Assembly (NCBI GenBank): GCA_035573915.1
Contig: DATLZQ010000004.1
Span: 6,387-70,386 of the forward strand
DNA from: Actinomycetota bacterium
GTDB lineage: Bacteria > Actinomycetota > UBA4738
Length of the DNA: 64,000 bases
Reading direction: 5' to 3'
The first letter of the stretch is position 1. Each line of letters opens with the position of its first letter. Of the stretch, positions 9,193 to 18,581 are shown in pieces. The notes under the pieces are model-generated. The model was given only the letters and a program-made list of their open reading frames with translations. It made no database searches and was not told where the DNA came from. The position numbers were made by a program, and so were the translations under genes.

Positions 9193-9873
9193 ATGGACCC
9201 ACGTCCGTTCGTCCTGGATCCTCCGCACACGGGCCTGGTGGTCGTGGACATGCAGAACGACTTCGTCCGGGCGGGCGCCCCTCAGGAGGTGCCCCAGGCC
9301 CGGGCCACGATCCCACGGATTCAGCAGCTGCTGAACTGGTTCCGCCAGGCGAGGCGCCCCGTGGTGTTCACGAAGTTCCTCGCGGGGCCGCGCGAGACGC
9401 TGTTATGGCGCTGGTCGCCGGAGTGCGGCCCGGAGCTCCGGTCCTGTTGGCCGGGAGTCCGAAGGACGTACCGGGACTGCGAGGGAGACCGGGAAGGGCC
9501 GGCCATCGTCGACGAACTGGCACCTCAGCCCGGCGAGCACGTGGTGGAAAAGTATGGATACGACGCGTTCTTCCGCACGAACCTCGCCGACCACCTTCGG
9601 GCCAACGACGTCACGGACGTGGTCGTGTGCGGGACGGTGACGCACATCTGCGTCGCCAGCACGGTCAATGGCGCCTTCCACCACGGATACCGGGCAGTGG
9701 TGGCGAGCGATGCCGTCTCCTCGTACGACGAGGAACTGCATCGAGCCACGCTCCGAATCATCGGGGCGAAGTACGGGCGGGTTGCGTCGACCGAGGAAGT
9801 CTTGGCCGAACTCCAGAGTCTCTTCGGCGGAGAGAAAGGGGGAGAGGATGGAAGGGCTGAGCGAACTGCGTGA
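9193..9873 (+). CDS. isochorismatase-family cysteine hydrolase
   Basis: LVVVDMQNDF (Asp), ...KYGYDAFF..., VVVCGTVTHICVASTV (catalytic Cys context). ATG at 9193 is preceded by GAGGTAGG. Confidence 0.8.
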   Translation: MDPRPFVLDPPHTGLVVVDMQNDFVRAGAPQEVPQARATIPRIQQLLNWFRQARRPVVFTKFLAGPRETLLWRWSPECGPELRSCWPGVRRTYRDCEGDREGPAIVDELAPQPGEHVVEKYGYDAFFRTNLADHLRANDVTDVVVCGTVTHICVASTVNGAFHHGYRAVVASDAVSSYDEELHRATLRIIGAKYGRVASTEEVLAELQSLFGGEKGGEDGRAERTA

Positions 9874-11119
9874 CGAATTCATGGAACGGCTCATGTCTCG
9901 GCGAGAATTCATGCGTCGAGCCACGGCTCTCGGGCTGTCCCTGCCGGCCGCCGCGGCCTTCCTCGCGGCATGTCAGCGCGAGCGCGGCGAGGCAGGGGGT
10001 GAGCCCATTCGGATGGGCGCGCTCGTCCCTCTGTCGGGGGTCACGGAGATCCTCGGCCCCCCCATGCGCAACAACGCGATGCTGGCCGTGGAGGAGATCA
10101 ACCAGGCTGGCGGGATCCTGGGTCGGCGAGTGGACCTCCTCGTCGAGGACACGGCCTCGGACCCGGACACGGCGGTGGAGAAGGCTCGGAAGTTGATTCG
10201 GCAAGACCAAGTCGACGTGATCGTCGGGGTCCTTACCAGTGCCGAACGGTGGGCGGTCGCGCTCTCGGCCACCATCCCGGCCCAGATGATCTACATCAAT
10301 CCCACCTACTACGAAGGAGGGATCTGCGACCGGTACTTCTTCAACGTGGGAGCTCTCCCCAACCAGCAGATCGAGCCCTTCGTGCCGTGGCTCATCGAGC
10401 AGAAGGGCGTCCGGACCTTCTACCTGGGTGGTTCCGATTATGCCTGGCCCCGAGGGTCATTCGAAGCCGTCAAGCGGGCGGCCCAGGCCGCCGGGGGTCA
10501 GATCGTGGGCGAGGAGTACTCGCCCCTCGGGACCTCGGACTTCGCGCCGACCCTCCGACGGATCGCGGACGCCAAGCCTGACGTGATCTACCCGCTCTAC
10601 GCGGGGGCGGACGGGGTGACCTTCCTCAACCAGCTCATCAACTTCGGGCTGCACCGCGAGTCCCTGGTGGCCTCGTCCGCCCTGTCCGAGCTGGTGCTCC
10701 CGGCCTTGCCCCCCGAGGAGACCGTGGGCTGGCTGGCCTCCTTCGAATACTTCATGTCGATCGACACGCCAGAGAACAAGGACTTCGTCCGCCGCTACCG
10801 TGAGCGGTTCGGCCAGAAAGAGATCATGGACGCCATCGGCGAGAGCATGTACACGGCCGTCTACCTCTACGCCCGCGGGGCCGAGCACGCCCGGTCGCTG
10901 GAGAAGGACGCCGTGGTCGACGGCATGCTGGCCGTGCAGTTCGAGGACCCCAAGGGCACGATTCGGATCGACGGCGAAACCCACTGCGCCTTCCTGAACG
11001 ATTACGTGGCCGAGATCTCGGCAGATACTTCCCTCCCACCCGAGGAGCGGTTCGAGATCGTTCAGACCTTCGAGGGAATCCAGCCCAAGCAGGAGTGCCT
11101 CGAGGAGCCGCCGGGCTGA
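9848..11119 (+). CDS. ABC transporter substrate-binding protein (Liv/amide-urea type), Tat-signal lipoprotein
   Basis: MSRREFMRRATALGLSLPAAAAFLAAC (twin-arginine motif plus lipobox), then IRMGALVPLSG...EEINQAGGILGRRV typical of type-I PBPs of the LivK/amide family. Confidence 0.8.
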   Translation: MEGLSELRDEFMERLMSRREFMRRATALGLSLPAAAAFLAACQRERGEAGGEPIRMGALVPLSGVTEILGPPMRNNAMLAVEEINQAGGILGRRVDLLVEDTASDPDTAVEKARKLIRQDQVDVIVGVLTSAERWAVALSATIPAQMIYINPTYYEGGICDRYFFNVGALPNQQIEPFVPWLIEQKGVRTFYLGGSDYAWPRGSFEAVKRAAQAAGGQIVGEEYSPLGTSDFAPTLRRIADAKPDVIYPLYAGADGVTFLNQLINFGLHRESLVASSALSELVLPALPPEETVGWLASFEYFMSIDTPENKDFVRRYRERFGQKEIMDAIGESMYTAVYLYARGAEHARSLEKDAVVDGMLAVQFEDPKGTIRIDGETHCAFLNDYVAEISADTSLPPEERFEIVQTFEGIQPKQECLEEPPG

Positions 11120-11134
11120 GCGGGGGGCAGCGGC

Positions 11135-11992
11135 GTGGACCAGGTCATCTTGCAGGGGCTGAACGGGCTCAGCCTGGCCGGCATCCTGGCGCTCGTCGCC
11201 CTGGGTCTCGGAGTGACGTTCGGGCTCCTGGGAGTGATCAACCTGGCCCACGGCGAGCTCTTCATGCTCGGTGCGTACACGGTCCTCGTCGTTCACCGGG
11301 CCACCGGGAGCGTCTGGCTGGGGATCGCCCTGGCGCCACTGGTCGTGGGGGCCGTGGGAGCGGTGATCGAGCGAGTGGTGGTGAAGCGCCTGTACGGTCG
11401 TCCCTTCGACACGCTCCTTGCCACCTGGGCGGTCAGCGTGGTCCTCCGGCAGGCCATCACCCTGTGGCAGGGAGGGGGGTACCAGCCCATCCCGCATCCC
11501 ATTACGACCAGCGTGCCCGTGTTCGGGGTCCAGTACCCAGCCTACCGGCTCGCCTTGCTGGGCCTCGGAGCCGTCTGTCTGGTTCTGGTGGGCCTGCTCC
11601 TCTATCGGACCCGGCTGGGCGTTCAGGCCCGAGCGGCGATTCAGAATCGCGAGGTGGCGGCCGCCATGGGGGTGAACGTCGGCGCTGTCGACACGCTGAT
11701 GTTCAGCCTCGGTGCGGCGATGGCGGGCCTGGCGGGGGCAGCCATGGGCCCGCTGGTGACCGTCAACCCGAGCATGGGGCTGCCGATCCTGGCCTCGTCC
11801 TTCTTCGTCGTGATCTTGGGGGGCACGGGTCGCCTCCTCGGCGTGGCGGCTGGCGCGGCGATCATCGGCGGTGGACAGGCGGTCGCCTCGTTCTTCACGA
11901 ACCCGGTAGTCGCGCAGGTCGCCGTCCTGCTCCTGGCCGTCCTGGTCATCCGAGTCGCCCCGCAGGGCGTGTTCGGGAGGCGTCCGGCATGA
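11135..11992 (+). CDS. branched-chain amino acid/amide-type ABC transporter permease (LivH-like)
   Basis: 285 aa polytopic protein. INLAHGELFMLGAY motif typical of LivH/UrtB. Confidence 0.85.
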   Translation: MDQVILQGLNGLSLAGILALVALGLGVTFGLLGVINLAHGELFMLGAYTVLVVHRATGSVWLGIALAPLVVGAVGAVIERVVVKRLYGRPFDTLLATWAVSVVLRQAITLWQGGGYQPIPHPITTSVPVFGVQYPAYRLALLGLGAVCLVLVGLLLYRTRLGVQARAAIQNREVAAAMGVNVGAVDTLMFSLGAAMAGLAGAAMGPLVTVNPSMGLPILASSFFVVILGGTGRLLGVAAGAAIIGGGQAVASFFTNPVVAQVAVLLLAVLVIRVAPQGVFGRRPA

Positions 11993-12951
11993 CCCGGCGG
12001 TGGAGGGTGGGGGCCATCACCGCTGCTACCCTGGCGGGCAGCCTGGCGCCGTGGTTGCTGAGCCCCTTCGAGATTTCGCTCGCAGCGAAGGCGTTCACCT
12101 TCGCTCTCTTCGCCCTTGGACTGGACCTGATCTGGGGTCTTGGAGGGATCCTCAGCTTCGGGCAAGCTGCCTTCTTCGGACTGGGGGCCTACGCCTTGGG
12201 TATTCTCACCCGTGACCTCCCGGATGCAGGGATCCTCGGTCTCGTCGCCGCGGTCGGGATCCCGGCGCTGCTGGCCCTCGCGCTCGGCTATTTCACCTTC
12301 TACGGACGCGTCAGCGGCGCATACTTCGCCATCATCACCCTGGCGGTTTCGCTCATCCTGACCCAAACCGCGCAAACCTGGGTGGAGCTCACCGGTGGGC
12401 ACAACGGCCTCTACCCCGTCCCGTTCCTCACGGTCAGCGTGCCCGGCCTTGGTGGGTTCGGCTTCGACTCGGACGTGGACATGTACTACCTCGCCTTCGG
12501 GGTATTGCTGGTAGTGTTCTTGCTCCTTCGAAGGCTGGCTCGATCGGGTTTCGGACAGGCGCTGGCGGCGCTGAGCGAGGACGAGCTCCGCCTGCAGTTC
12601 TTGGGCTACGATACGCGCCAGCTCCGGCTCATCGCCTTCACGCTTTCGGGAGCGTTGGGAGGGTTGGCGGGCGGACTCTACGCGTCACAGGTGGGGTTCG
12701 TGAACCCCACGGTCCTCGGGCTCACTCTCTCAACGCAGGTCATCGTCTGGGTGGCGCTGGGAGGCCGGGGCACGCTGGTGGGGCCCATCGTGGGAGCACT
12801 CGTCGTGAGCTTTGTGGAAGACTACCTGAGCGACGTCCTGGTCAACGTCTGGGTGCTCGTCTTGGGCATCCTGGTCCTGCTGGTGACGCTGTTCCGTCCG
12901 GCCGGACTCCTCGGCTCGTCTCGGGTCCAACGGTTCGTGGGGCTCCGATGA
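11989..12951 (+). CDS. branched-chain amino acid/amide-type ABC transporter permease (LivM-like)
   Basis: ATGA overlap with the LivH-like stop. LDLIWGLGGILSFGQAAFFGLGAY motif. The upstream part of ORF 11095..12951 is an overlapping-frame artefact. Confidence 0.85.
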   Translation: MTRRWRVGAITAATLAGSLAPWLLSPFEISLAAKAFTFALFALGLDLIWGLGGILSFGQAAFFGLGAYALGILTRDLPDAGILGLVAAVGIPALLALALGYFTFYGRVSGAYFAIITLAVSLILTQTAQTWVELTGGHNGLYPVPFLTVSVPGLGGFGFDSDVDMYYLAFGVLLVVFLLLRRLARSGFGQALAALSEDELRLQFLGYDTRQLRLIAFTLSGALGGLAGGLYASQVGFVNPTVLGLTLSTQVIVWVALGGRGTLVGPIVGALVVSFVEDYLSDVLVNVWVLVLGILVLLVTLFRPAGLLGSSRVQRFVGLR

Positions 12952-13742
12952 GGTCGGCCAACGACGTAGCAAGGGAGGGCCTGACCGCCACAGTGGAAGC
13001 CCGGCCCGTGCTGGAGGTGCGGGGGCTCGTCCGACGGTTCGGGGGCCTCAGGGCGTTGGACGGCGTCGATCTCGAGGTCCGGAGCGGGGAGATCCTGGGG
13101 ATCATCGGGCCCAACGGAGCGGGAAAGTCCACGCTCTTCAACGTGGTGACCGGCCTCATCCGCCCCACCGAAGGGCGAGTCTACTTCCGGGGACGGGACA
13201 TCACCGGCCTGGCCCCCCACGAGGTCTGCCGCCTGGGCGTGGGGAGGAAGTTCCAGGTCCCCTCGTGCTTCAGCGGCCTCACCGTTCGTCAGAACTTGCA
13301 GGTCGCGGCCCGGGGGAGGTGGCCCGTGGCTCGCCTGGTGCGGGCGGGGGGCGACTCGCGCGAGCGGTGGTCGGACGTGGACGACCTCTTGGACCGGCTG
13401 GGCCTAGCGTCCAAGGCCGACCTCGAGGCGGCCGCGCTCTCCCACGGCGAACGCCAGTGGCTCGAGATCGGCATGGTGCTCGTCAACGGGTGCCAGGTCC
13501 TCCTCCTGGACGAGCCGACGGCCGGGATGACGCTGGGGGAGACCCGTCGAACGGAGCGGCTGCTCCGAGACCTGGGCGGCGCCCACACCGTGGCGGTCAT
13601 CGAGCACGACATCCGGTTCATCCGCGAGGTGGCGGAGCGGGTCATCGTCCTGCACCGCGGGCGGGTGCTGGCGTCGGGCACCATCGATGCCGTGGAGCGC
13701 GACGAGCGAGTTCGGGACGTGTACCTCGGACGAGGAGAATGA
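12948..13742 (+). CDS. ABC transporter ATP-binding protein (LivG/UrtD-like)
   Basis: GPNGAGKST, LSHGERQWLEIGM, LLLLDEPTAGM. ATGA overlap with the permease gene. Confidence 0.88.
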   Translation: MRSANDVAREGLTATVEARPVLEVRGLVRRFGGLRALDGVDLEVRSGEILGIIGPNGAGKSTLFNVVTGLIRPTEGRVYFRGRDITGLAPHEVCRLGVGRKFQVPSCFSGLTVRQNLQVAARGRWPVARLVRAGGDSRERWSDVDDLLDRLGLASKADLEAAALSHGERQWLEIGMVLVNGCQVLLLDEPTAGMTLGETRRTERLLRDLGGAHTVAVIEHDIRFIREVAERVIVLHRGRVLASGTIDAVERDERVRDVYLGRGE

Positions 13743-14440
13743 ACGCGCTCGAGGTGCGAGGCCTGTGCGTGGCGAGAGGCGGCTCGCTCGTCATCGATAA
13801 CGTCTCGCTCGACGTGGGCCCGGGTGAGGCGGTGTGTCTCCTCGGCCGGAACGGGATGGGGAAGACGACCCTCCTCCGAGCGTTGATGGGGCTGGAGCGA
13901 GCACGGGCCGGCAGTGTCCGACTGGAGGGAGTCGACCTGACCGGCCGTCCGCCCCACGTCGTGGCCCGGGCAGGGCTGGGATACGTCCCACAGGGACGGG
14001 GGGTGTTCCCCGAGCACACGGTCAAGGAGAACCTCCTGGTGGGTCTCCGTCGCGGACGGGACCCCGAACCGCTCCTCCACCGCGTGTACTCGTTGTTTCC
14101 TGTCCTGGCGGAGCGGTGTGATCAACTGGCCGGGACCCTCTCCGGAGGCGAGCAACAGATGCTGGCCATCGGCCGCTGTCTCGTGCTCGAACCGAAGGTG
14201 CTCCTGCTCGACGAGCCCACCGAGGGGCTCCAGCCCTCCGTCGTCCGGCTGCTGGAGTCGGCGCTCGACGGGATCCGCACGACGCTCGGCATCTCCATCT
14301 TGCTTGTCGAGCAGAACCTCGACTTCGCCTTCGCCGTGACTCACCGGGGCTACGTCCTGGAGCGGGGGCGCGTGGTGGCCGACGCAGGGATCTCGACGCT
14401 TCGTGAGGAGGCGATCATCAAGGAGTACCTGGTGGTGTGA
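13739..14440 (+). CDS. ABC transporter ATP-binding protein (LivF/UrtE-like)
   Basis: GRNGMGKTT, LSGGEQQMLAIGR, LLLLDEPTEGL. ATGA overlap with the preceding ATPase; the upstream part of ORF 13265..14440 is out-of-frame overlap. Confidence 0.88.
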   Translation: MNALEVRGLCVARGGSLVIDNVSLDVGPGEAVCLLGRNGMGKTTLLRALMGLERARAGSVRLEGVDLTGRPPHVVARAGLGYVPQGRGVFPEHTVKENLLVGLRRGRDPEPLLHRVYSLFPVLAERCDQLAGTLSGGEQQMLAIGRCLVLEPKVLLLDEPTEGLQPSVVRLLESALDGIRTTLGISILLVEQNLDFAFAVTHRGYVLERGRVVADAGISTLREEAIIKEYLVV

Positions 14441-14906
14441 GCTCCTGGTCCTGACGGACTTGGACGAACGCGCCCGATCTCGATCCTTCGTCGGAGGCGT
14501 TGAGTTCGACCCACTGCCCGTCCCGGATCCCGTGAAAGGCCTCCGGCTCCAGGAGCACGACGGGCACGGTGCGGCCGTAGAGCTCCTGGGCCACGATGGC
14601 CCCCACCACCAGGATGGGGTCGGGCTCGAGCAGGAGCAGGGCCGCGGGGGCGGTCCCCAGCCGGACGGCCTCCGCGAAAACCGCGCTGGAGGAGCTCGAG
14701 CCCCGGCCGGCGGGCATGAGGACCACCCGCCCGGTGAGGCAGGCCCCGGCCCGGGGGTGACGTCGGTCCACCACCACGCCCGTGGCCGGGTCCACCCCGC
14801 CCCAGAACGAGAGCGGCTGGGGGAGGACCAGGGCCCGGCCCCGGGCCCGCCCCGCCACCAGGGTCCGCCCGGCGAGGGACGCCCTGGTCCCCGTCTGGTC
14901 CGTCAC
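14418..14906 (-). CDS. aconitase X swivel-domain subunit (DUF126, AcnX small subunit)
   Basis: Translation LPQPLSFWGGVDPATGVVVDRRHP...GRVVLMPAGRGSSSSSAVFAEAV...APAALLL is the DUF126 pattern. The GTG start overlaps the stop of the large subunit (GTGA at 14903-14906). It is read from the tail of the artefactual 1326-aa ORF. Confidence 0.75.
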   Translation of the reverse strand: MTDQTGTRASLAGRTLVAGRARGRALVLPQPLSFWGGVDPATGVVVDRRHPRAGACLTGRVVLMPAGRGSSSSSAVFAEAVRLGTAPAALLLLEPDPILVVGAIVAQELYGRTVPVVLLEPEAFHGIRDGQWVELNASDEGSRSGAFVQVRQDQELTPPGTP

Positions 14907-16189
14907 GGCCGGTCGCCCCCCAGCCCCGCCCACAGCTCCGGGTCCCGCCACACCCGGCCCTCCACCGCCGACCGCACGCACTCCTGGAGGCTCCCGAACA
15001 CCACCCGCACCCCGAGGTTGGCCGGCGCGTAGCTCGCCCACTTGGCGGAGTCGGTCATCACCACCCCGTCCGTCCGCCGGAGGATGGGCGTCACGTAGGT
15101 GCAGGTGTCCACCACGACCCGCACCCCCGCCCGCTGCAGGGGAGCCAGGAGGCCCCGGGCCCCGGCCTCGGCCAGCACGTGCCGGGAGGTCTGGGCGTAG
15201 AACTCGACCTCCGGGTGGACCCGGTGCCCCTCCAGGAGAGCGGCGAGGCGCCCTACCTGGGCCACCGAGAGGTGGGGGGTGCCCACGCTCACGGCCCGGA
15301 GCGGGCCGTCCGCGGCCGAGGTCAGGGCGTCCCGGGCCGCGGCCACCGCGTCCGGGGTCACGTCCACCACCCGCTCGGGGGGCCGACCCTGGAGGGCGTC
15401 GTCCAGGGTGGGGGCTTCGGGGGTGACCCCCACGGCGTGGAACAGTCCCACTCCACCCGAGGTGGCGGCCGCGGCGCCGAGGGCCTTGAGCCGGTCCTCG
15501 CTGACCGAGGCAGGGAGCCCCTCGAGGACCGGGACCCGGGTGCCGGCCTCCGCCCCCACCAGGTAGCCCAGGACCGGGTAGAAGGCGTCCTCGTCGAGCA
15601 GGGACGGCGGGAGGCCCGAGAGCCGGAAGAGGACCTGCCCCCGGCGGTGCTCGTCGCGGTGGAGGCCGGCGTCGGGGACCCTCCCCGTGACCGCCGCGCA
15701 GAGGTCGGCGAAGTCGCCGTAGCGGTCGGTCCGGGCCCCGAGGACCGAGTTGGCGAACACGATGGCGTTGGACTCCCCCCAGGCCACGTGCTCTCCCCGC
15801 CGGGGCCGGTCGGGGAGCTGGTAGGGGGCGCAGGTCCACGTGGGCCGGCAGCCCATGGCCACGTAAAGGTCCATGAGGCGGCGGGCCCGGGCCGCCGTCT
15901 CGGGGTCCCCACGGTAGAGGTCGGGGTGGAGGAGGTCCAGGGAGCCCACGTTGAGGGTGGTGGGGACCCGGACCCTGGCCCCGGCGTCGGCCATGCGCTC
16001 GGCGAAGTCCAGGCTGGCCCTCCCCTGGTAGAGGCAGCCGTCCACGTGGGCCCGGGTCACGTCCAGGAGGCGGGAGGCGCCCCGGGCCCGGGCCATGGCC
16101 ACGATGACCCGCATGGCCAGGCGCGCGGCCTCGCCGCGGGCGCCGGAGAGCATCTCCTCGTCCTGAGGCGTCAGGTGGAGGTCGGCCAC
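14903..16189 (-). CDS. aconitase X catalytic subunit (DUF521, AcnX large subunit)
   Basis: 428 aa. MADLHLTPQDEEMLSGARGEAARLAM...VTRAHVDGCLY... and later CTYV motif match the AcnX/DUF521 family pattern. Confidence 0.8.
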   Translation of the reverse strand: MADLHLTPQDEEMLSGARGEAARLAMRVIVAMARARGASRLLDVTRAHVDGCLYQGRASLDFAERMADAGARVRVPTTLNVGSLDLLHPDLYRGDPETAARARRLMDLYVAMGCRPTWTCAPYQLPDRPRRGEHVAWGESNAIVFANSVLGARTDRYGDFADLCAAVTGRVPDAGLHRDEHRRGQVLFRLSGLPPSLLDEDAFYPVLGYLVGAEAGTRVPVLEGLPASVSEDRLKALGAAAATSGGVGLFHAVGVTPEAPTLDDALQGRPPERVVDVTPDAVAAARDALTSAADGPLRAVSVGTPHLSVAQVGRLAALLEGHRVHPEVEFYAQTSRHVLAEAGARGLLAPLQRAGVRVVVDTCTYVTPILRRTDGVVMTDSAKWASYAPANLGVRVVFGSLQECVRSAVEGRVWRDPELWAGLGGDRP

Positions 16190-16222
16190 GGCCTCCGAGC
16201 CTAGTCGTCTCGGGCCGGGGCC

Positions 16223-18398
16223 TCAGTCCCGGTGGGGCCCAGGGTCCCCCCGCCCCCGCCCCGGTCGGTCCTCGGCGGGGGGTGGGCCGTGGTCGTCCGC
16301 CGGCTCGTCGTCGTCGGGGGGCGAGGGAGGGAGCAAGTACGTGCCCCTCGGGAACAGCGTGTTGCGGGAGAAGTCGGGCACGGGGAACGTCCGCACGGGC
16401 ACGCCCTCCAGGGCCCGCAGCATGAAGTCGCGCCAGATGATGGCGGGGATGGACCCCCCGTAGACGTTGGGGAAGCCGTGGACGTTCAGCAGGGGCTCTT
16501 CGGCCCGGGGGTAGCCCACCCACACGCAGGCCGCCAGCTGGGGGACGTAGCCGCAGAACCAGGCGTCCACGTAGTCCTGGGCGGTCCCCGTCTTGCCCGC
16601 GGCGGGGCGCCCGATGGCGGCGGCGGTCCCCGTCCCGCTGTCGATGACCCGCTGCAGCGTGTAGGTCACGAGGTCGGCCACGTTTGGCTCCAGTGCCCGC
16701 CGCCCCCGGGGGGCGAACCGCCTGACGAGCTTCCCGGAGGCCGTCCGTACCTCGGTGATGGCCAGCGGGGGCCGGTACACCCCCCCGCGCGGCCAGGGTG
16801 GCGTAGGCCGAGGTCATCTCGAGGGGCGTCACCGCCTGCGAGCCAAGGGTGATGGAGCAAACGGCCTGAAGGGGGCTGCGGATCCCCATGCGGTGGGCCA
16901 CGTCTACGACGTGGTCCGGCCCCACCACGGTGACGAGCTGGGCGAAGATCGTGTTCACCGAGCCGGCGGTGGCCGACACGAGGTCCATGGTCCCCGCTGA
17001 GGCGTCCCCGTAGTTGCTGGGGGTCCAGGGCCCGTCCGGCCCCAGGCACCGCCGGTCGTGGATGGTGATGGTGGAGGGGCCGTACCACACGGAGCGCAGC
17101 GAGATCCTCTGCTCCATGGCTGCGGTGAGCGTGAAGACCTTGAAGGCCGAGCCCGTCTGACGGCGGGCCTGCACGGCCAGGTTGAACTTCATCCGCCGGA
17201 AGTCCCGCCCTCCCACCAGGGCCAGGATCTCGCCCGTGGACGGGTCGATGGCCACCAGGGCGGCCTCGGGGTCGGTGGGGAGGGGCAGGTGGGCCCGCAC
17301 GGCCTGCTCGGCCAGGCGCTGGAGCCTGGAGTCGAGCGTGCTCCGCACCCGCAGGCCTCCCTCGAAGGTCCGCTCGTAGCCGAACCGCCGGACCAGTTCC
17401 TGGGTCACGTACTGGAGGAAGTGGGAGGAGACGCCCGTGCGGAGCTTGCGGGTCCGTAGGGCGAGGGGGGCCCGCTGGTACCGGGCGGCCTGGGCCGGGG
17501 TGAGGACCCCCTGCTCGGCCATGAGCCGGAGGACCAGGTTCCGGCGGGCCCGGGCCCGCCTGGGGTGCTGGAAGGGGTCGAAGGCGGCGGGGGCCTTGAT
17601 CAACCCGGCCAGGAGGGCCGACTGGGGGACGGTCAGACGGCGCACCGGGGCCCCGAAGTAGGTCAGGGCCGCGGCCCCCACCCCGTAAGCCCCGTGGCCG
17701 AAGTACACGGTGTTGAGGTAACGCTCGAGGATCTCGTCCTTGCTGAACTGGTTCTCGAGTTTGACGGCCAGGACGGCCTCCCGGAGCTTGCGGGAGAGGC
17801 TCTGTTCCAACCCGGTGTAGACGTTCTTGACGTACTGCTGGGTGATCGTGGACCCACCCTGCTCGATGCGGCCTGCCCCCAGGTCGGCCAGGGCGGCCCG
17901 GACGATGGCGGGGAAGCTCAGGCCCTGGTGCTCATAGAAGTCCTGGTCCTCGACGGCGATCACGGCCTGCCGCAGGCTCTCCGGCACCCTGGAGAGGGGC
18001 ACCCACGTGCGGTCCACCCCGGCGTGGAGGCGCGTCAGGAGCCTCCCGTGGCGGTCGTAGACGAGCGTGGTCTGAGCCACGGGGGGCGGGGGCGGCAGGA
18101 CCGGGCGGGCCAGCGGGTCGATCACCCTGGCCGCCGCGTCCACCACGGGCGCCGCCACGAGCCGTACCCCGGCCACCAGCAGGGAGGCCACGAGGCCCAG
18201 GACCACCCCGATGGGGAGGAGGAGGCGCCAGGGGGCCGGCCGGGAGCGGTCCAGCGGAAGGGAGGCCAGGAAGCTGCCAGGGGCGGCGCGCGGACGGGTG
18301 GGACGAGCGGGCACCGTGAGGGTCTCATTCCCGCCCGGGAAGCGGGCCAACCGCCCCCGTCCCCCCAGGCGAGAGGCCGGTGCGGGGTTCCTGGGCAT
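16223..18398 (-). pseudogene. class A penicillin-binding protein (transglycosylase + transpeptidase), reading frame broken in a C7/G7 homopolymer
   Basis: The N-terminal part has GT51 motifs (EDQDFYEHQG, GGSTITQQYVKN) and the TP motif SAFKVF. The frame is lost after ...YATLAARGG and resumes in ORF 16223..16780 as VYRPPLAITEV...GKTGTAQDY. The break maps to the 7-nt C run at 16780-16786. Confidence 0.85.
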
Positions 18399-18472
18399 CG
18401 GTCAAGATGTACCGCATCGAGGGACGACCGCCCCGGGTCGGGCGGACGGCGCCAGGGGCGGGGCGGGCCCGC

Positions 18473-18478
18473 TAGACT
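18473..18478 (+). promoter_or_regulatory. candidate -10 box (TAGACT) for tRNA-Leu(CAA)
   Basis: TAGACT lies 19 nt upstream of the tRNA 5' end. No clear -35 was seen. Confidence 0.3.
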
Positions 18479-18497
18479 CGCCCGTGGGTCGGGCCAC

Positions 18498-18581
18498 GCG
18501 GCGGTGGCGGAACCGGCAGACGCGACAGGCTCAAACCCTGTTGCTCGCAAGAGCGTGTGGGTTCGAGTCCCACCCGCCGCA
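18498..18581 (+). tRNA. tRNA-Leu (anticodon CAA), class II with long variable arm
   Basis: Hand-folded cloverleaf. Acceptor GCGGCGG/CCGCCGC, anticodon stem ACAGG/CCTGT with loop CTCAAAC, variable arm TGCTCGCAAGAGCGT, T-arm GTGGG-TTCGAGT-CCCAC, discriminator A. Confidence 0.85.

Noticed and set aside
16780-16786. Programmed ribosomal frameshift or phase variation in the PBP gene
   Set aside because: There is no slippery heptamer with a downstream structure, and no precedent for recoding in class A PBPs. A homopolymer length error or simple pseudogenisation is far more likely. It is kept only as a low-interest finding.
14418-18398. 1326-aa minus-strand ORF that would be the largest gene in the region
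   Set aside because: It is a concatenation artefact. Its first ~540 codons are the PBP N-terminal part. After the homopolymer frameshift at 16780-16786, the frame stays open by chance (high GC, few stop codons) through Gly/Arg/Pro-rich nonsense across the AcnX large-subunit gene. It only becomes meaningful again as the AcnX small subunit (14418-14906).
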